Shown: one piece after another, positions 1-9,436 of the stretch
Position numbering within the stretch: position 1 is the first letter of the stretch
How the letters are laid out: each line of letters begins with the position of its first letter
NCBI GenBank assembly: GCA_964649855.1
Contig: CAZYTS010000023.1
Coordinates: 1-24,000, forward strand
Reading direction: 5' to 3'
Source: an uncultured Gemmatimonadaceae bacterium
Lineage (GTDB): Bacteria > Gemmatimonadota > Gemmatimonadetes > Gemmatimonadales > Gemmatimonadaceae
DNA length: 24,000 bases
Position numbers and translations under genes: made by a program
The notes under the pieces: generated by a model
Databases searched by the model: none
Told to the model about the DNA's origin: nothing
Seen by the model: only the letters and a program-made list of their open reading frames with translations

Positions 1-912
1 GCAAAGCTCATTGCCAACAAAGTGCGGCGCGCTGGTCTCGTCGACATACTCGGCGCTCTCGAATCAGAGAATGTGCAGGGCGAGATCCAGCAGAAGCTTG
101 ATGTCTTTGCCAACGAAACGATCATCAAGGCGATGGACCATGGCGGCAAGCTCTGCGCAATGGCATCGGAAGAAGAGCCAGACATCATTCCTATCCCGGA
201 TCAGTTCCGCTGCGGCAACTATGTGCTTTGCTTCGATCCGCTTGACGGCTCGTCAAATATCGACGTGAACGTTCCTGTCGGGACGATCTTTTCGGTGATG
301 CGTAAGATTACGCGCGGAGTACGCGGAGACCTCGAAGATTTTCTGCAGCCCGGACGCCGCCAGGTAGCCGCTGGTTATGTGATCTATGGATCGAGCACCA
401 TGCTGGTCTACACCACGGGCCAGGGTGTTCACGGCTTTACACTCGATCCGTCGATCGGAGAGTTTTTGCTTTCACATCCCGATATCCGGATTCCTCCACG
501 AGGCCGCTACCTCAGCGTCAACGATTCATACGAGCAGTATTGGAATGAGGGCGTCAAAGGTCTCATGAGGCGCTACCGTGGGCTGGATGGACAGCAGAAG
601 GCAATGAACGTCCGCTACGTGGGCTCCCTGGTTGCTGACTTTCACCGGAACCTGCTGGGAGGCGGTGTGTTTGCGTACCCGGCAAATACGCAGTCGCCAA
701 AAGGCAAGCTGCGTCTGCTGTACGAGTGCAATCCTCTGGCGTTCATTGTTCAGCAGGCGGGCGGATCGGCCATAAACGGTACCGAGGACATTCTCGACGT
801 CATACCTACCGAGTTGCATCAGCGTTCTCCGCTCTACATCGGCAGCAGAGACGCGATCGAAACGGCTCGCGAGATGCTGGCCGAGGTAAAACTCGAAAGC
901 GTTGCTGGGTAG
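1..912 (+). CDS. fbp: Fructose-1,6-bisphosphatase class I, 5' end truncated by window start
   Basis: Frame 1 is open from base 1 ([19 protein letters not shown]...). Motifs [39 protein letters not shown] and [29 protein letters not shown] are class I FBPase. TAG stop at 910-912. Confidence 0.96.
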   Translation, partial: AKLIANKVRRAGLVDILGALESENVQGEIQQKLDVFANETIIKAMDHGGKLCAMASEEEPDIIPIPDQFRCGNYVLCFDPLDGSSNIDVNVPVGTIFSVMRKITRGVRGDLEDFLQPGRRQVAAGYVIYGSSTMLVYTTGQGVHGFTLDPSIGEFLLSHPDIRIPPRGRYLSVNDSYEQYWNEGVKGLMRRYRGLDGQQKAMNVRYVGSLVADFHRNLLGGGVFAYPANTQSPKGKLRLLYECNPLAFIVQQAGGSAINGTEDILDVIPTELHQRSPLYIGSRDAIETAREMLAEVKLESVAG

Positions 913-926
913 GTGCACTGCGCCAG

Positions 927-967
927 TGCCGCGTCGGTTCAATAATCCTTGCCGGCGCGGCATCTTT
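927..967 (+). terminator. Possible intrinsic terminator / hairpin after fbp
   Basis: 11-bp stem TGCCGCGTCGG (927-937) / CCGGCGCGGCA (952-962) with one G.U pair, 14-nt loop, followed by TCTTT. The U-tract is weak. Confidence 0.35.
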
Positions 968-972
968 AACGA

Positions 973-2580
973 ATGAAGAAACCTTCTGCCGAGCGCCGTA
1001 CTCCGTCCGGTATTCCTGTGCGCGCGGTGTACGGTCCGGAATCCGCGCCGCATGACCCTGGCACCTCGTTAGGCACGCCTGGGGCTTTTCCATTCACTCG
1101 CGGGGTTCAGCCCGACATGTATCGGGGGCGGCTCTGGACCATGCGTCAGTACGCGGGCTTTGGGACTGCTGCAGAGACCAACGAGCGGTTCAAACATCTG
1201 CTCGATGCGGGACAGACGGGACTTTCGGTTGCGTTCGATCTGCCCACACAGATGGGTATCGATTCCGACGCACCGCGAGCTGCCGGCGAAGTTGGGCGCG
1301 TTGGTGTGGCCATTGATTCGGCGGACGACATGCATGTCCTCCTAAAGGACATTCCGCTCGAAAAGGTATCTACGTCCATGACGATCAATGCCACGGCGGC
1401 AACGCTGTTGGCGATGTACATCGTGGTTGCAGAGGAGAGAGGCATATCGAGGTCGGCTCTGAGTGGAACGGTTCAGAACGACCTCCTCAAGGAATACATC
1501 GCGCGCGGAACATACATCTACCCGCCCTCACCCAGTCTCAGACTCATTGCCGAGGTTTTCAGGTTCTGCGCTGCCGAAGTTCCCAACTGGAATCCGATCT
1601 CAATCTCGGGATACCACATACGCGAAGCAGGTGCAACAGCTGTTCAGGAGTTGGCGTTCACGCTCTCCAACACTATCGAATACGTGCGATGTGCGTTGGA
1701 TGCGGGGCTCGCAATCGACACTTTTGCTCCGCGGCTGTCCTTCTTTTTTGCAGCGCACAACGATCTTTTTGAGGAGGCAGCCAAGTTCCGGGCAGCCCGC
1801 CGTATTTACGCCCGGATGATGAAAGAGCGCTTTGGTGCGTCGGATGAGAGCTGTCGCCTGCGTTTCCATACGCAGACGGGTGGCGTGACCCTCATGGCTC
1901 AGCAGCCTCTCAACAACGTCGTGAGAGTCACGGTCCAAACGTTGGCTGCAACACTTGGGGGAACGCAATCTCTGCACACCAACGGCTACGACGAGGCGCT
2001 GTCGCTCCCAACGGCAGAAGCAGCAACCCTTGCCCTGCGCACGCAGCAGATTGTTGCCTACGAGTCGGGAATCGCCAACACCGTGGATCCCCTCGCAGGC
2101 TCTTACTACGTGGAGTCGCTCACCGACGAACTCGAACGTCGGGCAATGGCGCTCATGGAGCGCGTGGAGGGACTTGGCGGATCGGCCCGTGCCATCGAAG
2201 CCGGATTCTTTCAGGAAGAGATCGCGCGCAGCGCGTACGAGCATCAGCTCCGCGTGGAGTCGGGCGAAACCGTTGTCGTTGGTGTGAATCACTTTCAGGA
2301 AGCAGAAGCCCCTTTGGTGTTGCCGGCTCCCGATTTCACATCCCTCGAACTCGCACAGATCCGGAGGCTCAAGCGTTTGCGATCGTCGCGAGACGAGAAG
2401 GCTGTCGTCCGGTCGCTGAGCGATTTGCGGGACGCCGCCCGTACTTATGTCGGTGAATCGCCTGGTTCCGAGCGCAAGGAACTAATGCCGCACATTTTGG
2501 AGGCGGTTCGCTCCCGCGTAACGGTTGGAGAAATCAGCGACTGTTTACGCGGCGAATGGGGGGCGTACGAGCCTCGTTGA
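973..2580 (+). CDS. Acyl-CoA mutase large subunit, methylmalonyl-CoA mutase family, catalytic domain only (no cobalamin-binding domain)
   Basis: [128 protein letters not shown]. 535 aa, and no DxHxxG B12-binding domain at the C terminus. Confidence 0.93.
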   Translation: MKKPSAERRTPSGIPVRAVYGPESAPHDPGTSLGTPGAFPFTRGVQPDMYRGRLWTMRQYAGFGTAAETNERFKHLLDAGQTGLSVAFDLPTQMGIDSDAPRAAGEVGRVGVAIDSADDMHVLLKDIPLEKVSTSMTINATAATLLAMYIVVAEERGISRSALSGTVQNDLLKEYIARGTYIYPPSPSLRLIAEVFRFCAAEVPNWNPISISGYHIREAGATAVQELAFTLSNTIEYVRCALDAGLAIDTFAPRLSFFFAAHNDLFEEAAKFRAARRIYARMMKERFGASDESCRLRFHTQTGGVTLMAQQPLNNVVRVTVQTLAATLGGTQSLHTNGYDEALSLPTAEAATLALRTQQIVAYESGIANTVDPLAGSYYVESLTDELERRAMALMERVEGLGGSARAIEAGFFQEEIARSAYEHQLRVESGETVVVGVNHFQEAEAPLVLPAPDFTSLELAQIRRLKRLRSSRDEKAVVRSLSDLRDAARTYVGESPGSERKELMPHILEAVRSRVTVGEISDCLRGEWGAYEPR

Positions 2581-2711
2581 GCAGGTCGGGGGAATCAGCC
2601 TGGCCTCAGGATTCAAACCCGAGAAAGGCTGACTGCGACTTCACTTGAGGGCGTAGAAGCGTCCAGCTAAGTTCTTTATTCTGTACAACTTGCAATTGCA
2701 CCTACTGCAGC

Positions 2712-3050
2712 ATGCCGACGTATCAGTTTCGGTGCCCAGATGGCACCATCATAGAGCGCTTTTTCAAGATCAGTGAAGTTCCGGAATCCATCCCTGCGCC
2801 GGACGGGGGTGAGGCCGTGCGGATCATCTCCGGCGGTGCAGGCCTGATCTTCAAAGGTTCGGGTTTCTACATCACTGACTACGGCAAGGACGGCAAAAAG
2901 GACCAACGAGCTGCACAGAAGTCCGAGTCCGGATCGTCGGGCGAGGGCTCAAAAGCGTCTGGTTCGGGATCAGGAGAATCGAGCTCTTCAAAGGGTTCGG
3001 GCGACAAGGGCTCGAGCAGTGGCACGGGCAGCACGGGCGGCTCTGAATGA
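2712..3050 (+). CDS. FmdB-family (regulatory/zinc-ribbon-like) protein with Ser/Gly-rich C-terminal tail
   Basis: N-terminal MPTYQFRCPDG and ISGGAGLIFKGSGFYITDYG match the FmdB pattern. The tail SGSSGEGSKASGSGSGESSSSKGSGDKGSSSGTGSTGG is low complexity. ATGA overlap with argS. Confidence 0.85.
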   Translation: MPTYQFRCPDGTIIERFFKISEVPESIPAPDGGEAVRIISGGAGLIFKGSGFYITDYGKDGKKDQRAAQKSESGSSGEGSKASGSGSGESSSSKGSGDKGSSSGTGSTGGSE

Positions 3051-4690
3051 GCGCCGAGTCGGCGCTACGTAACGCGGTGGCGAGGGCGGCACAGGCGCTT
3101 GGGGCGCCGGCTGACTTTGAACCCTTGCTGGAGCGCCCCCGCGATCCATCGTTTGGGGACTGGGCCACAAACGCCGCCATGATTCTGGCGCGCCAGCTAA
3201 AGCGAAAGCCACTCGACATTGCACGCGACCTGGTGGAACAGCTGGACACAAGCGGCGCAGGAGTGACGGAGGCATATGCGGCTCCGCCCGGCTTTATCAA
3301 CTTCAGACTGGCTGCGGGTGCAGAGGCCACTCGCTTGCGCGAGATAATCGGGCTTGGTGCCGACTATGGTCGCACTGCAGAAGGTGCGAAGCAGGCTGCC
3401 AACATCGAGTTTGTCTCGGCGAACCCTACAGGACCACTGCATGTCGGCCATGGTCGTCAGGCAGCTCTGGGCGATGCCATAGCGTCGCTTCTGGAGTTTT
3501 CCGGGTGGAACGTCACCCGGGAGTTTTACTACAACGACGCTGGAGCGCAGATAGCGAATCTTGCACTAAGCGTGCAGGCCCGTGTGCGTGAACTGTCGAC
3601 AGGCACGGCTGAGATTCCCGAGGGTGGTTACCATGGCGAGTACATAGTTGATATTGCGCGCGAGTACGTTGCCGCCAATCCCGGCGACACCATGGCGGAC
3701 AACCTGGAGGCAGTGCGCAACTTTGCTGTAGCGGCCCTCCGGGCCGAGCAGGACACGGACCTCAAGGCACTGGGCGTCTCGTTTGACGTTTACTACCTGG
3801 AGTCATCGCTCTACGACGATGGCAAGGTGGCCGAGACAGTAAAGATGCTCGAGGAGGCCGGCCACACCTATGAGAAGGATGGTGCGCTATGGCTGCGAAC
3901 CACTGATTTTGGTGACGACAAGGACCGCGTGATGCGCAAGTCCGACGGCAGCTACACTTATTTTGTGCCGGACGTGGCTTATCACCTCAGTAAGTGGCGC
4001 CGCGGCTTTCATCGCGCTATCAATGTCCAGGGGGCCGATCACCACTCGACTGTCGTTAGGGTGCGCGTCGGTATTCAGGCTTTGAACCTCGGTATCCCCG
4101 AGGGCTATCCCGAGTACGAACTGCACCAGATGGTGACGGTGATGAGAGGTGGTGAAGAGGTAAAGATCTCCAAGCGGGCCGGTTCGTACGTGACAATCCG
4201 GGACCTGGTGGACGAAGTGGGGCGCGACGCGATGCGCTACTTCTTCCTGATGCGCAAGGCTGACTCACAGCTTGTGTTCGACGTGGATCTCGCGCGATCA
4301 CAGAGCGAAGAGAATCCCGTCTACTACATCCAGATGGCCCATGCGCGTCTCTGCGGCATTTTCAGGGTGGGCGAGATCGACCCTGTTTCTATAAACGGCG
4401 AGGGGGTCGACCTCAGTGCTTTAGCCTCAGACCATGAACGTGAGCTGGTAAAGGCGTTGCTGGAGTTTGCGCCGCTCGCAACGGCAGCGGCGCGGCAGAG
4501 GGCACCACACCTTGTGGCCGCCTACCTTCTGGATACGGCGCGACTCGTCCACACCTGGTATCACAAGCACCACGTGCTGGGCGAGAACGAGCCCGTCAGG
4601 TCGGCCCGGCTCGTGCTTGCCCACGCTGCTCAAGTAGTGCTGCGAAACGGACTCGACTTGTTAGGCATAACGGCGCCGGAGCGCATGTAA
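3047..4690 (+). CDS. argS: Arginyl-tRNA synthetase
   Basis: VEFVSANPTGPLHVGHGRQAALGDAIASLLE (HIGH-type motif HVGH), VNVQGADHHSTVVRVR region, and EVKISKRAGSYVTIRDLVDEVGRDAMRYFFLMRK (KMSKS-like KISKR). C-terminal anticodon-binding region ends with the typical ...GLDLLGITAPERM. Confidence 0.97.
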   Translation: MSAESALRNAVARAAQALGAPADFEPLLERPRDPSFGDWATNAAMILARQLKRKPLDIARDLVEQLDTSGAGVTEAYAAPPGFINFRLAAGAEATRLREIIGLGADYGRTAEGAKQAANIEFVSANPTGPLHVGHGRQAALGDAIASLLEFSGWNVTREFYYNDAGAQIANLALSVQARVRELSTGTAEIPEGGYHGEYIVDIAREYVAANPGDTMADNLEAVRNFAVAALRAEQDTDLKALGVSFDVYYLESSLYDDGKVAETVKMLEEAGHTYEKDGALWLRTTDFGDDKDRVMRKSDGSYTYFVPDVAYHLSKWRRGFHRAINVQGADHHSTVVRVRVGIQALNLGIPEGYPEYELHQMVTVMRGGEEVKISKRAGSYVTIRDLVDEVGRDAMRYFFLMRKADSQLVFDVDLARSQSEENPVYYIQMAHARLCGIFRVGEIDPVSINGEGVDLSALASDHERELVKALLEFAPLATAAARQRAPHLVAAYLLDTARLVHTWYHKHHVLGENEPVRSARLVLAHAAQVVLRNGLDLLGITAPERM

Positions 4691-4714
4691 ACGCTCGTAC
4701 TCACCACATCAAGA

Positions 4715-5632
4715 ATGACCGTACTCGTCGTAGGATCAGTTGCTCTCGATTCAGTGGAAACGCCGTTTGGAAAAGCCGAAGAGGTACTCGGAGGTTCGGG
4801 CACCTTCTTTTCTGCATCGGCCAGTCACTTCACGCCAGTCCAGCTGGTGGGCGTGGTAGGTGGCGACTATCCGGTAGAGCGGCTCGAAACGCTCCGAAAG
4901 CGGGAGGTGGACCTTTCCGGTGTAGAACGGGCCGAAGGGGAATCGTTCAGGTGGCGCGGCCGTTATCGCCACGACCTCAACTCTGCAGAGACGCTGGAAA
5001 CACGGCTTGGCGTCTTTTCGCACTTCAGGCCACGTATCCCCGACAAATTCAAGAAAGCGCCATTTGTTTTTCTGGCAAACATTGATCCAAGGCTCCAGCT
5101 CGATGTGCTGCGGCAGGTGGACAAGCCCAGGCTGATTGTCTGCGACACCATGAACTTCTGGATCGAAAGCAGACGCTCAGATCTCATAGAGCTTCTCAAG
5201 CACGTCGACGTGCTGATGGTTAACGACGGTGAAGCACGGCAGCTCACCGAACACTCCAACCTGGTAAAGGCGGCACGCTGGATACTGGCACGCGGGCCAA
5301 AGTTCGTGGTGATCAAGAAAGGTGAACACGGTTCTCTCATGTTCACCGAATCGACCGTGTTCTATGCTCCGGCGTACCCTCTGGAAGACGTGTTTGACCC
5401 CACGGGTGCCGGCGATTCCTTTGCAGGTGGTTTCATGGGTTACCTGGCCGGTGCCGGCACGCTGGACGAGGCACACTTCCGGCGGGCCGTGGTGTACGGC
5501 TCGGCAATGGGATCCTTTGCCGTGGAGAGGTTTTCCATCGAGAGGCTGATGGAGATCGACATGCACGAAATTCGGGGCAGGCTCGAAGCCTTTCGGCGGT
5601 TAGTTGCCTTTGAAGAGGAGATGCCCGCATGA
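4715..5632 (+). CDS. PfkB-family carbohydrate/nucleoside kinase
   Basis: GGSGTFFSASASHFTPVQLVGVVGGDYP N-terminal motif and DPTGAGDSFAGGFMGYLA catalytic/anion-hole motif. Confidence 0.9.
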   Translation: MTVLVVGSVALDSVETPFGKAEEVLGGSGTFFSASASHFTPVQLVGVVGGDYPVERLETLRKREVDLSGVERAEGESFRWRGRYRHDLNSAETLETRLGVFSHFRPRIPDKFKKAPFVFLANIDPRLQLDVLRQVDKPRLIVCDTMNFWIESRRSDLIELLKHVDVLMVNDGEARQLTEHSNLVKAARWILARGPKFVVIKKGEHGSLMFTESTVFYAPAYPLEDVFDPTGAGDSFAGGFMGYLAGAGTLDEAHFRRAVVYGSAMGSFAVERFSIERLMEIDMHEIRGRLEAFRRLVAFEEEMPA

Positions 5633-6672
5633 GCTCACGGAGCGGGGACGCTCTGAGCTATCAGTCGGCCGGCGTCGACATTGATGCCGCCGACGACGCT
5701 AAGCAGCGGATTGGCCGCCTCGTGGAATCAACGCGAACGGCTGGATGCATCGGCGAGTTTGGCGCTTTTGGAGGACTATTCCGTGCTCCGCGTGGAAGAA
5801 ACCCCGTGCTCGTGTCGAGTGCAGATGGCGTGGGTACCAAGATCAAGGTTGCCATCGAGGCAGGAAAGCATGACACGGTTGGACACTGCCTCGTGAACCA
5901 CTGCACAAACGATATCCTGGCCCAGGGAGCCACGCCGCTCTTTTTTCTGGACTACGTGGCGTTTGGAGTCCTCGAGCCTGCTGTTGCAGAGGGAGTCGTG
6001 GCTGGCGTTGCAGCAGGATGCAGGGAAAATGCCTGCGCTCTCATTGGTGGAGAAACCGCCGAAATGCCGGGGCTATACACTCCACCTGACTATGACCTGG
6101 CGGGATTTATTGTTGGAGTCGTAGAAGAAGATGAGTCGTTAGGCTCGCATCGTGTTCGTGCTGGCGATGTGCTTGTTGGTCTCGAAAGCTCGGGCCTTCA
6201 CACAAACGGCTATTCCCTGGCGCGCCGTATCGTCTCGGAACGACTGAAGCTCGGTGTTGGCGACGCATTCCCTGGAGAAAACGCCTCGGTCGCCGAGGTT
6301 CTGCTTCGAATTCACCGTTCGTATCTGGCGGCCATCCGTCCAGTGCTCGGAAAGATTCATGCCCTGGCTCACATAACCGGGGGCGGCTTGCCCGGCAATC
6401 TCAACAGGGCGCTCACCCCCGCGCTCGACGCGATTGTTGATACAAAGAGCTGGAAGGTGCCTAACGTTTTTGAAGTGCTGGGCTCGGCGGGACGGGTGGA
6501 GCGTGACGAAATGTTCCGAGCCTTCAACATGGGCGTAGGAGCGGTCGTTGTGACCGCTGAAGAGGACGCAGACGCCGTGGTAGGTGCCGCGGCCGGCGCC
6601 GGTGTCGGTGCCTGGAAGCTGGGCGAAGTCGTCTCTGGCACAGGTACTGTCCGACTAACCGGAGGAGTCTGA
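5629..6672 (+). CDS. purM: Phosphoribosylformylglycinamidine cyclo-ligase
   Basis: YQSAGVDIDAADDAKQRI, LVSSADGVGTKIKVAIEAGKHDTVGHCLVNHCTNDILAQGATPLFFLDYVA, GGETAEMPGLYTPPDYDLAGFIVGVVE, HITGGGLPGNLNRAL. ATGA overlap with the upstream gene. Confidence 0.97.
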   Translation: MSSRSGDALSYQSAGVDIDAADDAKQRIGRLVESTRTAGCIGEFGAFGGLFRAPRGRNPVLVSSADGVGTKIKVAIEAGKHDTVGHCLVNHCTNDILAQGATPLFFLDYVAFGVLEPAVAEGVVAGVAAGCRENACALIGGETAEMPGLYTPPDYDLAGFIVGVVEEDESLGSHRVRAGDVLVGLESSGLHTNGYSLARRIVSERLKLGVGDAFPGENASVAEVLLRIHRSYLAAIRPVLGKIHALAHITGGGLPGNLNRALTPALDAIVDTKSWKVPNVFEVLGSAGRVERDEMFRAFNMGVGAVVVTAEEDADAVVGAAAGAGVGAWKLGEVVSGTGTVRLTGGV

Positions 6673-7673
6673 TGAAGGAACGCCTGTTCGTGTCGCTTAT
6701 CGCTGGTTTTGGCGCTTTCGGAGCCCTGGCGGCACAGGGTGGCGCCGGCTCAATAGATCCTCAATGCGGAACGGGAAGTCCCGTTGCGCTCGCTTCGCAG
6801 GATGCCTGTCAGAAGGCACTCGATCTATTTGCCTTTCTTGCACCGCAGCTTTCGGGAGCAGTAGCGGGCGGCAACGCCGTGCTTGGCACGCATAGTTCGC
6901 TTCGCGGTCCCGGGCACGTGTCGTTAGGCATTCGAACCAACGTAGTGCGCGCGCGGATTCCGGAGATCACGCAGCACGAGCCCGTTATTACCGGCGCTCA
7001 GGCGTCTGACTACAACGTGACTGACAGGGCGTTTCCTATTCCGGTGATCGATGCAGCGATTGGTGTCTTCAGGGGCATCCCCGTTGGAGCCACCAACACC
7101 ATGGGATTCGACGTGATCGTCAATCTCTCCTGGCTCCCAAGCGTTTCGGGCGACGAAGTCGAGCTTGCAATAAACGGTTCTTCGGTGAAGGTAGGATTGG
7201 GTGGGCGACTCACGATTATGGAAGAGACGTTTATGACGCCGGGTATTGCGGTCAGCTACCTGCGCCGCGACCTGCCGGTGCTCGACATATCGGCTACACC
7301 CGGCAACGACGAATTGCACCTCGACGATTTCCAGATCAAGACCAGTTCCTGGCGCGCTGTCATTGGCAAGAACTTTTCGATGTTTGGGGTCACAGTAGGT
7401 GGCGGACAGGACGAGTACGAAACGTCCGGGCTTGCTTCTGTAACTGTCAACAACGGTGCCCTCTCCTTCAACGCAGGACCACTGGCCGCGATCCAGGTGC
7501 TCAGACGCGACAACGTTTTCGCTTCAGTCGCAATGAACCTCCCGATTGTAAGCGTGGTTCTCGAGGGCGGCCGCGTCAGCAACGGAAGAGTGGATACTTT
7601 CAATACTTTTGACAGTGCTCGTGCTGACGATGCGCTCACGTATGGCTCACTCGGCCTGCGCTTTACCTGGTAG
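6672..7673 (+). CDS. Hypothetical secreted/outer-membrane beta-barrel-like protein
   Basis: N-terminal signal-like MKERLFVSLIAGFGAFGALAAQ, repeated Gly/aromatic alternating beta-strand pattern, and C-terminal ...DDALTYGSLGLRFTW ending in an aromatic residue. TGATG overlap with purM. No recognised domain. Confidence 0.65.
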   Translation: MKERLFVSLIAGFGAFGALAAQGGAGSIDPQCGTGSPVALASQDACQKALDLFAFLAPQLSGAVAGGNAVLGTHSSLRGPGHVSLGIRTNVVRARIPEITQHEPVITGAQASDYNVTDRAFPIPVIDAAIGVFRGIPVGATNTMGFDVIVNLSWLPSVSGDEVELAINGSSVKVGLGGRLTIMEETFMTPGIAVSYLRRDLPVLDISATPGNDELHLDDFQIKTSSWRAVIGKNFSMFGVTVGGGQDEYETSGLASVTVNNGALSFNAGPLAAIQVLRRDNVFASVAMNLPIVSVVLEGGRVSNGRVDTFNTFDSARADDALTYGSLGLRFTW

Positions 7674-7676
7674 GTC

Positions 7677-8771
7677 ATGACAGAGCGAGCGACGCCGCTT
7701 GGCGATGTAGCCTTCATGCGACGTGCGCTCGAACTGGCGCGAGAGGGTTGGGGAAACACTTCTCCCAACCCCATGGTGGGCGCGGTAGTGGTCAGGAACG
7801 AAGAAATAGTCGGGGAAGGTTATCACCGCCGCTTTGGAGAGGCGCACGCCGAACCCAGAGCGCTGGAACAGGCAGCGAATGCTGCGCAGGGCGCAACGCT
7901 CTATGTAACGCTGGAGCCGTGCTCACACACAGGAAAGACTCCCCCCTGCACAGAAGCCATAGTCCGCAGCGGTGTGCGACGTGTTGTTGTAGCTGCCAGA
8001 GACCCTAACCCAGTAGCTGGTAACGGCATCGACAAACTTAAGAAAGCTGGCGTGGAAATTGCAGTGGGCGTGCTTGAAGCCGAGGCTCGAGAACTGAATG
8101 CTGCCTACTTCAACTCCTTTTCGAGCAGCCGCCCCTGGGTAACGCTCAAGATGGCCATCTCCCTCGACAGCGCTATCGCCGACGGCACTCATTCCACTAC
8201 GCGCATTACTGCCGGCGAAGCGCGCCGCTTTGCTCATCACCTGCGCTCAGGGCACGACGCCGTTGCAGTTGGCATGGAAACGGTGCGCGTAGATGACCCG
8301 CAATTGACTGTTAGAGAGTCACCCGCTCCGCGCGTACCTCCACTGAGGGTCGTACTCTCCAGAAGCGGACGTCTCTCATTGACGAGCACCCTGGCCAACT
8401 CCATTGGGCAGGGTCCCGTAGTGGTTACGGCGCGGACCCTGGATCCCGAGTACGAGCACGCACTCCGCGACCACGGCGTAGAAGTGCTCATTGCGTCGGG
8501 ACTGGATGAAATCCTTGCTGCGTTAAGATCACGGGGGATCAGATCCATCCTGGTGGAGGGCGGGGCGCAGATTGCCGGCGAGTTCCTCAATCAGAACCTC
8601 GTGGACAGACTCGTGCTCGTTCAGGCACCCATCATACTTGGAGGTGGCGCCGTCGCCGCGTTCTCCCACGTGACACCTACCAAAGGAGAGCAAGCGAAAC
8701 GCTGGAGCGTAATTTCACGCGAGGTGCTGGGCGACGACATTGCGACAACGTTTGCACCGGCGGAGAGCTGA
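7677..8771 (+). CDS. ribD: Bifunctional diaminohydroxyphosphoribosylaminopyrimidine deaminase / 5-amino-6-(5-phosphoribosylamino)uracil reductase
   Basis: FMRRALELAREGWGNTSPNPMVGAVVV, GEAHAEPRALEQA, TLYVTLEPCSHTGKTPPCTEAI (deaminase zinc motifs), RPWVTLKMAISLDSAIA and ILVEGGAQIAGEFLNQNLVD (reductase domain). Confidence 0.96.
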   Translation: MTERATPLGDVAFMRRALELAREGWGNTSPNPMVGAVVVRNEEIVGEGYHRRFGEAHAEPRALEQAANAAQGATLYVTLEPCSHTGKTPPCTEAIVRSGVRRVVVAARDPNPVAGNGIDKLKKAGVEIAVGVLEAEARELNAAYFNSFSSSRPWVTLKMAISLDSAIADGTHSTTRITAGEARRFAHHLRSGHDAVAVGMETVRVDDPQLTVRESPAPRVPPLRVVLSRSGRLSLTSTLANSIGQGPVVVTARTLDPEYEHALRDHGVEVLIASGLDEILAALRSRGIRSILVEGGAQIAGEFLNQNLVDRLVLVQAPIILGGGAVAAFSHVTPTKGEQAKRWSVISREVLGDDIATTFAPAES

Positions 8772-9370
8772 TGTTCACAGGACTCGTCGACGATGTAGGA
8801 ACCGTGGCTGGTGCCACTGACACCGCTGCGGGACGCGAGATCGAGATCGTGTGTGCCTATACCGGACTCGAAATCGGAGAGAGCATTTCCTGCAACGGCG
8901 CCTGCCTCACCGTAATCGAACACAAGCCCGGCAGCTTTGCGGTTGCCGCGGTTACTACTACGCTGGAGCGCACAACTATTGGCAGCTGGACGCCGGGACG
9001 GCGCATCAACCTGGAGCGCGCCATGCGCTCCGACGGCCGCTTTGGAGGCCATATTGTGGCCGGACACGTTGACGGAGTCGGTCGTGTCGCGCGATCCGTG
9101 CGTCAGGGCAACGCCACACTGATCGACATCGAAGTGCCCGAAGAGGTCTACCAGCTTCTGGTGCCGCATGGCTCCGTCGCCGTTGATGGCGTGAGTCTCA
9201 CCGTGAACGAAATCCCGGGTTCCCGTCTTTTACAGATATCCCTCATCGAGCACACTTTGCGCCACACAACCCTTGGCGCACTGGCGAGCGGGGATCTGGT
9301 TCATCTGGAAAGCGACATTGTCGGCAAGTACGTAAGGCGCCTTCTGTCAGGTTATTTCCCGGGGGCTTAG
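8771..9370 (+). CDS. ribE: Riboflavin synthase alpha subunit
   Basis: MFTGLVDDVGTV start, two lumazine-binding repeats (CNGACLTVIE; VAVDGVSLTVNEI), GHIVAGHVDGVG. TGATG overlap with ribD. Confidence 0.95.
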   Translation: MFTGLVDDVGTVAGATDTAAGREIEIVCAYTGLEIGESISCNGACLTVIEHKPGSFAVAAVTTTLERTTIGSWTPGRRINLERAMRSDGRFGGHIVAGHVDGVGRVARSVRQGNATLIDIEVPEEVYQLLVPHGSVAVDGVSLTVNEIPGSRLLQISLIEHTLRHTTLGALASGDLVHLESDIVGKYVRRLLSGYFPGA

Positions 9371-9417
9371 GCCCCGGGGCCTCCGTCCAGGGGGCAAAGC
9401 CATCCATCCGAGGCCCC
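9358..9417 (+). promoter_or_regulatory. Pair of overlapping, mutually exclusive GC-rich hairpins at the ribE-ribBA junction
   Basis: Hairpin A: CCCGGGG (9358-9364) / CCCCGGG (9372-9378), spanning the ribE stop codon. Hairpin B: GGGGCCTC (9376-9383) / GAGGCCCC (9410-9417) followed by TTCCC. The arms share 9376-9378. Confidence 0.4.
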
Positions 9418-9436
9418 TTCCCATTAGCATTACCGC

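Noticed and set aside
1600-2292. 230-aa minus-strand ORF opposite the mutase gene, and other long antisense ORFs (13474-13842, 17284-17949, 18275-18967, 23105-23782)
   Set aside because: These are shadow ORFs of high-GC + strand genes. Their translations are low complexity or basic/Ser-rich with no recognisable motif, and the opposite strand encodes well-conserved proteins.
9371-9436. FMN riboswitch (RFN element) in the rib operon
   Set aside because: None of the conserved RFN sequence blocks are visible here, and an RFN element would be expected upstream of the first rib gene. Only simple GC-rich hairpins are seen.
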